In this document: one piece after another, positions 29,827-36,863 of the stretch
How positions within the stretch are numbered: position 1 is the stretch's first letter
Layout of the letters: the number at the start of each line of letters is the position of its first letter
Source: Clostridia bacterium
Lineage (GTDB): Bacteria > Bacillota > Clostridia > Oscillospirales > CAG-272
Length of the DNA: 64,000 bases
NCBI GenBank assembly: GCA_017481495.1
Contig: JAFUPC010000076.1
Span: 8,755-72,754 of the forward strand
Reading direction: 5' to 3'
The notes under the pieces: generated by a model
What the model was told of the DNA's origin: nothing
Databases searched by the model: none
Seen by the model: the letters and a program-made list of their open reading frames with translations, nothing else
Translations under genes and position numbers: made by a program

Positions 29827-29871
29827 GGAATTGCCTCCTTTTTAGTGTATGAGTTGTGATAGTACGGTTAT

Positions 29872-29900
29872 ATGATACCATATTTCGGAGCGGTTGTCAA
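29872..29900 (-). promoter_or_regulatory. promoter of the micro-protein / PstS-like operon
   Basis: TTGACA (29900-29895), 17 nt ending in TGG, TATCAT (29877-29872), preceded by CATTCCCCC. Confidence 0.6.
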
Positions 29901-29921
29901 GGGGGAATGGGAAATCGGGTG

Positions 29922-29955
29922 AAAAAAGCGGTACTGCACGGGGTGGTGCAGTACC
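29922..29955 (-). terminator. intrinsic terminator of the ABC importer operon
   Basis: RNA sense GGTACTGCAC-cacccc-GTGCAGTACC followed by GCTTTTTT. Confidence 0.75.
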
Positions 29956-29964
29956 TGGGAGTCT

Positions 29965-30774
29965 TTATTCTTTCTGCGTCGAAAACAGCATTCTGTCGTT
30001 GGCAAGCTGCTTTTTGCTCTCTCTGGAATAGAGATTCAGAAGATCGTCAACCGTCATGCCGGCGCGTTCTTCGCCCTTGATGTCGAGAATAATCTTGCCC
30101 TCATCCATCATGATGGTGCGGGTTCCCAGTTCCAGCGCGGCGCGGATGTCGTGGGTGATCATCATCGTCGCGGTCTTCGTTTTTTCCACAATGTCAACGG
30201 TGATGCCGAGTACTTTTTTCGCGGTCGCGGGGTCGAGCGCCGCGGTGTGTTCGTCGAGCAGGAGCAGTTTCGGGTCGGAAATCGTGGACATGAGCAGGGA
30301 GACTGCCTGCCGCTGACCGCCGGAGAGGAGGCCGATTTTCGTTTTCATGCGGTCTTCCAGACCGAGGTCAAGCTGGGCGAGCAGTTCTCTGAAATACGCG
30401 GAATCCTTTTTGTTGACGGCGAAGAACGACTTCGATGCCTTGCGGCAGTAGGCGAGTGCCATGTTTTCTTCAATCGTCATATGGGGCGCGGTGCCTTTCA
30501 TCGGATCCTGGAACAGCCGTCCGATGTCGTAGGAACGCTTGTAGTCGGGCATATCGGTGATGTCGCGGCCGTCGAGCGTGATGCTTCCCGCATCCACGGC
30601 AAACGAGCCGCAGATGGCGTTGAACAAGGTCGATTTTCCCGCGCCGTTGGAGCCGATGATCGTGATGAATTCTCCGGCATCGACGTCGAGCGTAATACCG
30701 TCAAGTGCGCGTTTTTCGTTGACCGTACCCGGGTGGAAGGTCTTGCGGATGTCGTTCAATTGCAGGATTGCCAT
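29965..30774 (-). CDS. ABC transporter ATP-binding protein (COG1101 type, TrpZ-like)
   Basis: Walker A GSNGAGKST, signature LSGGQRQ, Walker B LLLLDEHTAALD. First ATG is 30774 (the track start is a GTG). Confidence 0.9.
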   Translation of the reverse strand: MAILQLNDIRKTFHPGTVNEKRALDGITLDVDAGEFITIIGSNGAGKSTLFNAICGSFAVDAGSITLDGRDITDMPDYKRSYDIGRLFQDPMKGTAPHMTIEENMALAYCRKASKSFFAVNKKDSAYFRELLAQLDLGLEDRMKTKIGLLSGGQRQAVSLLMSTISDPKLLLLDEHTAALDPATAKKVLGITVDIVEKTKTATMMITHDIRAALELGTRTIMMDEGKIILDIKGEERAGMTVDDLLNLYSRESKKQLANDRMLFSTQKE

Positions 30775-30775
30775 A

Positions 30776-31675
30776 TCACACACCCGCCTTTCCGTGCTTT
30801 TTCAGAATGTTTTTCACAGAGCTTTTGATCTTCGGCATGGCAAGCGCGATGGCGACGATGGCGGCTGAGACGAATTTCAGACCGTAGGCGGGAAGCAGTT
30901 CCACTTTCAGCGCAAGTGCAATGATGAGCTGATACAGAACTGCGCCCGTCAGAACGGCGTACAGGCCGCGCGTGACACCGCCGTGTCCGAGCACCGCTTC
31001 CCCGATGATGACAGAAGCAAGTCCGACCACCAGCATACCGGAGCCGTAGCCGGTATCTGCCGACTGGTTATACTGGCAAACCAGACCGCCAGCGAGCGCG
31101 ACACAGGCATTTGCCAGCGCAAAACCGATGCATTTGGATGCGTCCGCGTTGATGGAGGAGGAACGCACCATTTCCTCGTTGTCGCCGGTCGCACGGATCG
31201 CCATACCGGGACGGGTCTTGAAAAAGACGGCGAGCGCGGCGGCGACCAGAACCGCGATGACGGCAACGACGACGGTGCGGGAGATATTTTTGGAAAGACC
31301 AAGACCCTCGACGAGCGAGAACACGGTATCGTGACCGAACAGCGACTGGTTCGCCTTGCCGTCCATGATGAACAGGTTGACCGAATAAAGCGCGGTCATC
31401 GTCAAAACCCCGGCAAGAATCGGATTGATGCCGACACGGGTCTGCAAGAGTCCCGTGACAAGTCCTGCAGCGGCACCTGCCAGCGCCGCACAGCCAAGGG
31501 CAAGGATCGGATGTCCGGTTGCCGCCGTCATGACGGAGACCGCCATTCCCAGCGCGAACGCGCCGTCCACGGTCAGATCCGGGATATTTAAGATGCGGAA
31601 GGAAATATAGTTCCCCATCGCCATAAGCGCATAAATCAGACCGAGCTGCACCGCGCCGAGAATGAGCAATGTCAT
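30776..31675 (-). CDS. ABC transporter permease (COG4120 type, TrpY-like)
   Basis: 299 aa polytopic membrane protein between the SBP and ATPase genes; RBS AAGAGG. Confidence 0.85.
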   Translation of the reverse strand: MTLLILGAVQLGLIYALMAMGNYISFRILNIPDLTVDGAFALGMAVSVMTAATGHPILALGCAALAGAAAGLVTGLLQTRVGINPILAGVLTMTALYSVNLFIMDGKANQSLFGHDTVFSLVEGLGLSKNISRTVVVAVIAVLVAAALAVFFKTRPGMAIRATGDNEEMVRSSSINADASKCIGFALANACVALAGGLVCQYNQSADTGYGSGMLVVGLASVIIGEAVLGHGGVTRGLYAVLTGAVLYQLIIALALKVELLPAYGLKFVSAAIVAIALAMPKIKSSVKNILKKHGKAGV

Positions 31676-31693
31676 AACAACCTCTTGTTTTTA

Positions 31694-32662
31694 TTATTCA
31701 ATGATGGTAAATTCGGATGCCGTTGCTTCGGGAATGGTCACGCCGATGGCATCTGCGGTCGCGCGGTTGATGATCTTTGCGGGGTTTGCGACCTGTTCCA
31801 CGGGTGTATCGGCAATCTTGGCACCTTTCAGGATGCGGTCAGCCATTTCTGCGGTCTGCTTTGCCAGAACGTCGTAGTCGATACCGACCGTTGCAAGGCC
31901 GCCGTCAATGACCATGGAATCCGCGCCGACATAAATCGGAAGACCGGCGTCAATGGCAATCTGCGCATAAGTGGTCATGCCGGATGCGACGGTGTTGTCG
32001 TCCGCGGTAAAGAATGCATCGACCTCGCCGACCAGCGAATTGACCGCTTGTGCGATGTCTGCGGTGGAGGAAACGGTGGCTTCCTTGTAGGCGATGCCGT
32101 TTGCATCACAGTAGGTCTTTGCGCGGGCAACAGCGGTGGTGGAGTTGATCTCGCCGGAGTTGTAGACAAAACCGACGGTTTTCACATCCGGAGTCAGTTC
32201 TTTCATCAGGTCGAAGATCGCTTCGACGTTGACGGCATCGGAAACGCCGGTGACATTCTTATCGGTCGCATCAAATGCGGTGACAAGACCGGCGTCCACG
32301 GGGTTGGAAACAGCGGAGAAGACGATCGGAACGGTGTCGGTCTGCGCGGCGGCGATCTGTGCGGTGTTCGTTGCGATCGGGATGAGGATGTCAACACCGT
32401 CGGAGATCAGGCTCTGGAAAATGGACGGCAGGAGGGAGGCATCGTTGGATGCGTTCTTGACGATGATCTGATCCTCGGAGTAGCCGAGCTCCACGAGCGT
32501 TGCGATGATGGTGTCACGGATCTGGTTGAGCGAGGTGTGATCCATCGGCTGGACGATACCGATCTTGACGTCGGTCGCGCCTTCATCGGAGCAGCCGGCA
32601 AATGCGCAAGCCGCAAACACGAGCATTGTAAGGGTGAGAAGAAGAGAGACAATTCGTTTCAT
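31694..32662 (-). CDS. ABC transporter substrate-binding lipoprotein (COG2984 / ABC_sub_bind type, TrpX-like)
   Basis: MKRIVSLLLTLTMLVFAACAFAGCS lipobox. ATG 32662 has RBS AAAGGAA; the track extension to 32755 would overlap the T-box terminator. Confidence 0.85.
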   Translation of the reverse strand: MKRIVSLLLTLTMLVFAACAFAGCSDEGATDVKIGIVQPMDHTSLNQIRDTIIATLVELGYSEDQIIVKNASNDASLLPSIFQSLISDGVDILIPIATNTAQIAAAQTDTVPIVFSAVSNPVDAGLVTAFDATDKNVTGVSDAVNVEAIFDLMKELTPDVKTVGFVYNSGEINSTTAVARAKTYCDANGIAYKEATVSSTADIAQAVNSLVGEVDAFFTADDNTVASGMTTYAQIAIDAGLPIYVGADSMVIDGGLATVGIDYDVLAKQTAEMADRILKGAKIADTPVEQVANPAKIINRATADAIGVTIPEATASEFTIIE

Positions 32663-32751
32663 GGGTGATTCCTTTCTGCACAATGGATTGTTCTGCCGCT
32701 GTGCGGGCGGCTTTGGGGTTTGTGGGCGAACATTTACAAACAAACGGAAAA

Positions 32752-33061
32752 ACAAAAAAACCCGCCCTTATGGTATCTTCATAAGGACAGATTATAATAA
32801 TCTGCGGTGCCACCTTATTTTACCGGTCATATAACCGATACCCTTTGCCGGATGCTGACACATCCGCTGTCCATAACGCAGAACTGCGTCCCCCATACTT
32901 GGAAATTCCGGATATTCCGGTCATCTCTGTTCCGGCAGGCCCTTGGCGGTCCATTTGCTGCCCGACATTTCATGCGCATCTCTCAGCTGTGATGCACTCT
33001 CTGGATCGCGTCCGTGACAGTTTGATCTCCGCTTCAACGGTTTGTTTGTTTTGTTGGAAGT
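32752..33061 (-). promoter_or_regulatory. T-box riboswitch leader, tRNA-Trp specific (UGG specifier), controlling the ABC importer
   Basis: RNA sense has AGAGAG..CTGAGAGA, specifier context CAAA-UGG-ACCGCC (UGG = 32953-32951) and T-box motif AAGGUGGCACCGCAG (32814-32802). The terminator is CTGTCCTTATG-aagatac-CATAAGGGCGG followed by GTTTTTTT. Confidence 0.8.
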
Positions 33062-33090
33062 ATTATAACACAGATTTTCTTTTCTGTCAA
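33062..33090 (-). promoter_or_regulatory. promoter of the T-box/ABC importer operon
   Basis: TTGACA (33090-33085), 17 nt, TATAAT (33067-33062), preceded by AAAACCCC. Confidence 0.7.
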
Positions 33091-33145
33091 GGGGTTTTGA
33101 AAAAATATTTCCGTGATTTCCGCAAAAGAATTTAAGCCAAAAGGG

Positions 33146-33174
33146 TTGACAGATGCGGGATTTTGTGGTATAAT
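33146..33174 (+). promoter_or_regulatory. promoter upstream of tRNA-Val(GAC)
   Basis: TTGACA (33146-33151), 17 nt ending in TGG, TATAAT (33169-33174). It lies ~125 nt before the tRNA 5' end. Confidence 0.65.
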
Positions 33175-33303
33175 ATTATTGTTCCGATGAACGGGACAAG
33201 CGAACACTGGTCAGAGTCCGAATTACTGATATGTTTCAGCAAGGAATCCGACCCGGAAAAGAATGCGAAGCATTCTTTTAGATTTCACCACGCGAAATCG
33301 TTT

Positions 33304-33380
33304 GCAGGCATAGCTCAGTTGGTTAGAGCATCCGCTTGACGTGCGGAAGGTCCAGAGTTCGAGTCTCTTTGCCTGCACCA
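33304..33380 (+). tRNA. tRNA-Val (anticodon GAC), CCA encoded
   Basis: Hand-folded cloverleaf: acceptor GCAGGCA/TGCCTGC, D arm GCTC..GAGC, anticodon arm TCCGC-TTGACGT-GCGGA, T loop TTCGAGT. One C-U mismatch at the base of the T stem. Confidence 0.85.
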
Positions 33381-33386
33381 TGAAAT

Positions 33387-33412
33387 AGCACTGCTTCGGC
33401 AGTGCTTTTTTT
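33387..33412 (+). terminator. intrinsic terminator after tRNA-Val
   Basis: AGCACTGC-ttcg-GCAGTGCT followed by a T7 run. Confidence 0.85.
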
Positions 33413-33427
33413 CAATGATATCCGAGC

Positions 33428-33664
33428 TTGACAGCCCGGGTGAGATATGATAAAGTTACAATTGCCCGGATATTATATCATATATTATATCATATCGCGT
33501 AAGCGATATATCATTCGCCCCACATTCCGATTCTCCCCCGCCTTCCCATTTACGCATTTTTCATTTACCATTTTCCCATTTATCATATATCATTTCCCCC
33601 CCATTACACACAACAAGGCTCTCCGTGTCCCCATTCCGGTGCAACACAGAAAGCCTTGCTTTTT
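33428..33664 (+). ncRNA. candidate stand-alone C/U-rich small RNA (~200 nt), unnamed
   Basis: TTGACA (33428-33433), 17 nt, TAAAGT (33451-33456). There is no credible ORF or RBS downstream. The terminator-like hairpin CAAGGCTCTCCGTGT..ACACAGAAAGCCTTG (33614-33658) is followed by CTTTTT. The body carries three UUCCCAUUUA-like motifs and C5-C7 runs. Confidence 0.4.
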
Positions 33665-33701
33665 ATCTTATCCGATTATCTTAATTCAGAACCTGGCCTC
33701 A

Positions 33702-34118
33702 TCACCGCCGACCGCCGGGGCCGTGACCCATACCACCCGGTCCGCGTCTCATACCATGTCCCATGCCGCCGAAGCCGCCCATATGACCTATGTGACCCAT
33801 ACCCATTCCGTGCGGAGGGGGAGGGGGCGGATTGTGGGAGAACAGACCGCCGCGTCTGCGGTTCCGGCGGAACAGCGAGGACAGAAGCGACACGCCGACT
33901 GCCGCACCGGCAACCGTTGCCGCCGTCTTCACAGTGCTGCTTGTGTTCCAGCCGGTGTTCTGCGTTCCGATACCGGTGCCGCTGTATGTATTCTGATAAT
34001 TCTGCTGATTGGTGTTCGTATTCTGTCCGACGGTGGTACCGGTCGGTGCGCCGCATCCGGAGCAGAAATTGGAACCTGCGGAAATCTGTGCGCCGCAGTA
34101 GCTGCAATAGTTTGCCAT
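33702..34118 (-). CDS. zinc-ribbon domain membrane protein with Gly/Met/His-rich C-terminal tail
   Basis: MANYCSYCGAQISAGSNFCSGCGAP (CxxC..CxxC), then an N/Q/T-rich linker, one TM (AATVAGAAVGVSLLSSLF) and the tail HGMGMGHIGHMGGFGGMGHGMRRGPGGMGHGPGG. RBS AAAGGAAA. Confidence 0.7.
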   Translation of the reverse strand: MANYCSYCGAQISAGSNFCSGCGAPTGTTVGQNTNTNQQNYQNTYSGTGIGTQNTGWNTSSTVKTAATVAGAAVGVSLLSSLFRRNRRRGGLFSHNPPPPPPHGMGMGHIGHMGGFGGMGHGMRRGPGGMGHGPGGRR

Positions 34119-34144
34119 TTGATTGTTTCCTTTCTTCTTTTGAT

Positions 34145-34173
34145 ATTATAATCATATCATATGATTGTGTCTA
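34145..34173 (-). promoter_or_regulatory. promoter of the zinc-ribbon gene
   Basis: TAGACA (34173-34168), 17 nt, TATAAT (34150-34145). Confidence 0.45.
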
Positions 34174-34266
34174 TTCTGTGACATCCGGCGCAAATTCACA
34201 GATTGTTTTCAAAAGGACATCAATCGTTCACGGTTTATTTTGATTTTTTAAAAGATTATGACCGTG

Positions 34267-34406
34267 ACTTTCGCGAAGCGAAAGTTTGCTTTCTTGTGGA
34301 ATTGAGACTGGTTTTGTGCTCGCACAAAATCGCAGCCGTACGACTGCGAATAGTCACCATGTTTCGTGAAACGAAACATTACACGTCTGAAACTTTATTT
34401 TCAGAC
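34267..34406. other. array of five tandem stem-loops downstream of the methyltransferase gene
   Basis: ACTTTCGC-gaa-GCGAAAGT (34267-34285); TTTTGTGC-tc-GCACAAAA (34312-34329); TCGCAG-ccgtacga-CTGCGA (34330-34348); ATGTTTCG-tgaaa-CGAAACAT (34359-34379); GTCTGAAA-ctttat-TTTCAGAC (34385-34406). Confidence 0.8.
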
Positions 34407-34407
34407 T

Positions 34408-35085
34408 TTACCAGAGATAGGGAATCATTCTGTATTTCACTTTCCGGGTATATTCTTCATATCCGGCGAGCTCCCGGCGCAGGAGTTCTTCCTCATTTCC
34501 AATGCGTTTTGATAAAATCAGCGGATACACAAGAAAGGTCACAAACGCAATACCCGAACCGAGCACCAGCGGCATGGAACAGAACATCAGCACCGTTGCC
34601 GCATACATCGGATGGCGGATGACACCGTACAGACCCGTATCAATGACGCGCTGGCCGTCCTCCACACGGATGGTTCTTGCAAGGTATGTATTTTCGCGCA
34701 GAACCTCCGCATACATGGCATATCCGCAAAGGAACAGCACCGCCGCCGCGATAGAAACGCCGACGGGCAGTGGAAACCATGAAAAACGGAAATCCAGTCC
34801 TGCCGCAATAAATCCCAGAAGAAACATCACGCCGCTTGCCCGGACGAGGCTGCTCTGCGTTTTCCGGCTTTCCTTTGCGTCAAGCCGCTTTTGCAGAAGG
34901 CCGGGATTTTTCAGAAAGAGAACGACACCGACGGCGAGCATCGGGAGAAAGAGGATTCCTATCAAGAGCCAGGCGCGGGGCCAGTGGATCGTGCCGGCGG
35001 GGAGAAAAAGGAGGAGAGAGAGGAGGAAGAAGCCGGCGAGGAATTTCGTGAGGGCAGCTATAATTAAGGAAAGTGGATTTTTCAT
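34408..35085 (-). CDS. isoprenylcysteine carboxyl methyltransferase (ICMT/PEMT) family membrane methyltransferase
   Basis: Polytopic, with the C-terminal motif VIDTGLYGVIRHPMYAA..EEELL typical of the family. RBS GGAAGGAG. Confidence 0.8.
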   Translation of the reverse strand: MKNPLSLIIAALTKFLAGFFLLSLLLFLPAGTIHWPRAWLLIGILFLPMLAVGVVLFLKNPGLLQKRLDAKESRKTQSSLVRASGVMFLLGFIAAGLDFRFSWFPLPVGVSIAAAVLFLCGYAMYAEVLRENTYLARTIRVEDGQRVIDTGLYGVIRHPMYAATVLMFCSMPLVLGSGIAFVTFLVYPLILSKRIGNEEELLRRELAGYEEYTRKVKYRMIPYLW

Positions 35086-35107
35086 AATCAGGTCTCCTTC
35101 CTGGATG

Positions 35108-35140
35108 ACAAAAAGGCTTCCGACAGGAATCGAAAGCCTT
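35108..35140 (-). terminator. terminator at the end of tRNA operon A
   Basis: RNA sense AAGGCTT-tcgattcctgtcgg-AAGCCTT followed by TTTTGT, directly after tRNA-Gly(CCC). Confidence 0.55.
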
Positions 35141-35216
35141 TGGAGCGGATTACGGGGCTCGAACCCGCCACCTCAACCTTGGGAAGGTCGCGCTCTACCG
35201 GATGAGCTAAATCCGC
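35141..35216 (-). tRNA. tRNA-Gly (anticodon CCC), CCA encoded
   Basis: Hand fold: GCGGATT acceptor, anticodon arm CGACC-TTCCCAA-GGTTG, T loop TTCGAGC. Confidence 0.85.
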
Positions 35217-35310
35217 ATGGGTTTTTCAAGCCATAAAAAGTATCATGCTTGATGTTTTATAGAACAGTGAATAATGAAAAGTTAAACCTCTTCGGTAAAC
35301 CGAAGAGGTT

Positions 35311-35386
35311 TGGAGCGGATTACGGGGCTCGAACCCGCCACCTCGACCTTGGCAAGGTCGCGCTCTACCAAATGAGCTAAATCCGC
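35311..35386 (-). tRNA. tRNA-Gly (anticodon GCC), CCA encoded
   Basis: Same scaffold, with anticodon arm CGACC-TTGCCAA-GGTCG. Confidence 0.9.
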
Positions 35387-35389
35387 AGG

Positions 35390-35465
35390 TGGTGCCTCCG
35401 ATCGGAATTGAACCAACGACACGGGGATTTTCAGTCCCCTGCTCTACCAACTGAGCTACAGAGGC
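35390..35465 (-). tRNA. tRNA-Phe (anticodon GAA), CCA encoded
   Basis: GCCTCTG acceptor, anticodon arm GGGGA-CTGAAAA-TCCCC, T loop TTCAATT. Confidence 0.9.
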
Positions 35466-35528
35466 ATATGCAGAGAGACAGCAATCCATGGATCGGTTTC
35501 TGCTATTTCAGTTTCGGTGCAGAACGCT

Positions 35529-35668
35529 GAAACTGTGTCGAAGTTTCAACTTCGTTGAAACTTCTGAATTTCAGCTCCGCTGAAATTCTTGGAGCGGATT
35601 ACGGGTCTCGAACCCGCCACCTCGACCTTGGCAAGGTCGCGCTCTACCAAATGAGCTAAATCCGCAGG
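35529..35668 (-). repeat. ~140 nt duplicated block (tRNA-Gly(GCC) plus its 3' hairpin spacer), copy A
   Basis: Near-identical to 38695-38835. The only internal difference keeps a hairpin paired (see findings). Confidence 0.85.
35590..35665 (-). tRNA. tRNA-Gly (anticodon GCC), second copy in operon A
   Basis: Same fold as 35311..35386, with T loop TTCGAGA. Confidence 0.9.
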
Positions 35669-35711
35669 TGGTGTTTTGAGTGAACTTTGTGTTTCCCTCT
35701 CAACGTATAAT

Positions 35712-35740
35712 ATTATACCACACTTCTTCCCGTTTGTCAA
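35712..35740 (-). promoter_or_regulatory. promoter of tRNA operon A
   Basis: TTGACA (35740-35735), 17 nt ending in TGG, TATAAT (35717-35712). Confidence 0.7.
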
Positions 35741-35798
35741 TAGCTTTTTCCGAATTTTTTCAATTTTTTGCTGTTTTTTCTCTCCAATCTTCTCCGGG

Positions 35799-35825
35799 GA
35801 AAAAACAGAACCCCGGCGGGTTCTG
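35799..35825 (-). terminator. intrinsic terminator after the phosphatase gene
   Basis: RNA sense CAGAACCC-gccg-GGGTTCTG followed by T6. Confidence 0.8.
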
Positions 35826-35839
35826 TCTGTGCTGATTTT

Positions 35840-36850
35840 TTACATATCCCCCATGAGGATGGCATAAACGCGGTCAAGGGTCTCCTCTTTGATTCCGGCA
35901 TCCAGAAGAAAGGCTCTTGCCTGCTTCTGCAGGGTATCCGCACCCTGTTCGCGGTAAGCGTGCAGACCGTCCAGCACTGCCGTGAAGCCCTCTCCGGCGG
36001 CGGAGCGAACGCCCCAGGTACCGAGTGAGGTCAGCTCATAATCCAGGCACACATCCTCCTCGGAAACGCCGCACAGTGCTTCGATATAGCATCCGAGCGA
36101 ACCTGTTCTGTCCGCGCCGCCCCAGCAATGGAAATAGATCGGATATGCCGCGGGATCTGCGAGCACCTCAAAGACCGGAACGAGACTGCTGCGGTCTGCG
36201 ACCAGTTCGTCATACGCGAGAAGCGGGAGCAGGCGGAACGCGACCGGTCTGCCGAGCGGGGTATCGTCGTATACACCCACGGCTTCGCCGCGCAGGTCAA
36301 GGTCGGTCTTCACGCCGAGCGTATCGCGCAGCATTTCGATGCCTTTTTCCGTGATCGTTCGGTGCGTGTTCAGCTCCGAGCCGCGGTACAGAAGTCCCTG
36401 CTTCATCCGTCTGCCGTCGGACGTTTTCCAGCCGCCGAGGTCGCGGACATTGGTCGTGCCGTCGATATAAATCCAGCGCGGCAGGATGTCGGCAACCGCA
36501 AACGAACGGGTTTCACTCACCTCTCCGCCTGCGCGGACACGCCAGAAATACGTTTCCCCGATTTCAAAATTGTAAACATCGACCGTGTTTTCCGCGTTCA
36601 CGGTACGGAAAATCCTTGTAAACGCTTCGTCGCGCGTAATCTCCAGAATGGCTTCGGCATTCTCTGCATCCGTTTCCCATGCAAAGGAAACCGGGAGTGG
36701 GAGACTGCCGTCCTCCTCTCCGGACTCGATCGGTTTTCTCCAGTCGATCTTCAGGTCGGCATAATCGCGGCTGTTGGCGTTGAACTGCTTCTGCATCTCG
36801 GTTTGAAGCGAGAGTAGCGCGTGGTTTTCAGGTTTTGTCAGTGTAATCAT
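35840..36850 (-). CDS. protein-tyrosine phosphatase family protein (Y_phosphatase3-like, CX5R)
   Basis: Active-site loop HCWGGADRTG. ATG 36850 lies 13 nt after the stop of the upstream gene; the track extension to 37096 overlaps that gene. Confidence 0.8.
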   Translation of the reverse strand: MITLTKPENHALLSLQTEMQKQFNANSRDYADLKIDWRKPIESGEEDGSLPLPVSFAWETDAENAEAILEITRDEAFTRIFRTVNAENTVDVYNFEIGETYFWRVRAGGEVSETRSFAVADILPRWIYIDGTTNVRDLGGWKTSDGRRMKQGLLYRGSELNTHRTITEKGIEMLRDTLGVKTDLDLRGEAVGVYDDTPLGRPVAFRLLPLLAYDELVADRSSLVPVFEVLADPAAYPIYFHCWGGADRTGSLGCYIEALCGVSEEDVCLDYELTSLGTWGVRSAAGEGFTAVLDGLHAYREQGADTLQKQARAFLLDAGIKEETLDRVYAILMGDM

Positions 36851-36863
36851 GGCATATACCTCG

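Noticed and set aside
29965-32662. Annotating the ABC importer as a generic nucleoside/BMP or branched-chain amino-acid system
   Set aside because: The leader's specifier loop presents UGG in the same context as the trp operon leader, which points to tryptophan.
31685-32668. 327-aa + strand ORF opposite the ABC substrate-binding gene
   Set aside because: Shadow. Gly/Asp/Val/Arg-rich with no RBS.
33447-34243. + strand ORFs 33447..34151 and 33656..34243, and minus-strand ORF 33676..34155
   Set aside because: Low-complexity translations caused by the repetitive Gly/Met/His and Thr/Asn coding of the real minus-strand zinc-ribbon gene (33702..34118) and by the C/T-rich non-coding region. None has an RBS or recognisable motif.
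35226-35740. Small ORFs overlapping tRNA operon A (35226..35489, 35546..35740)
   Set aside because: They are translations of tRNA genes, spacers or the promoter (one starts on the TTG of the -35 box).
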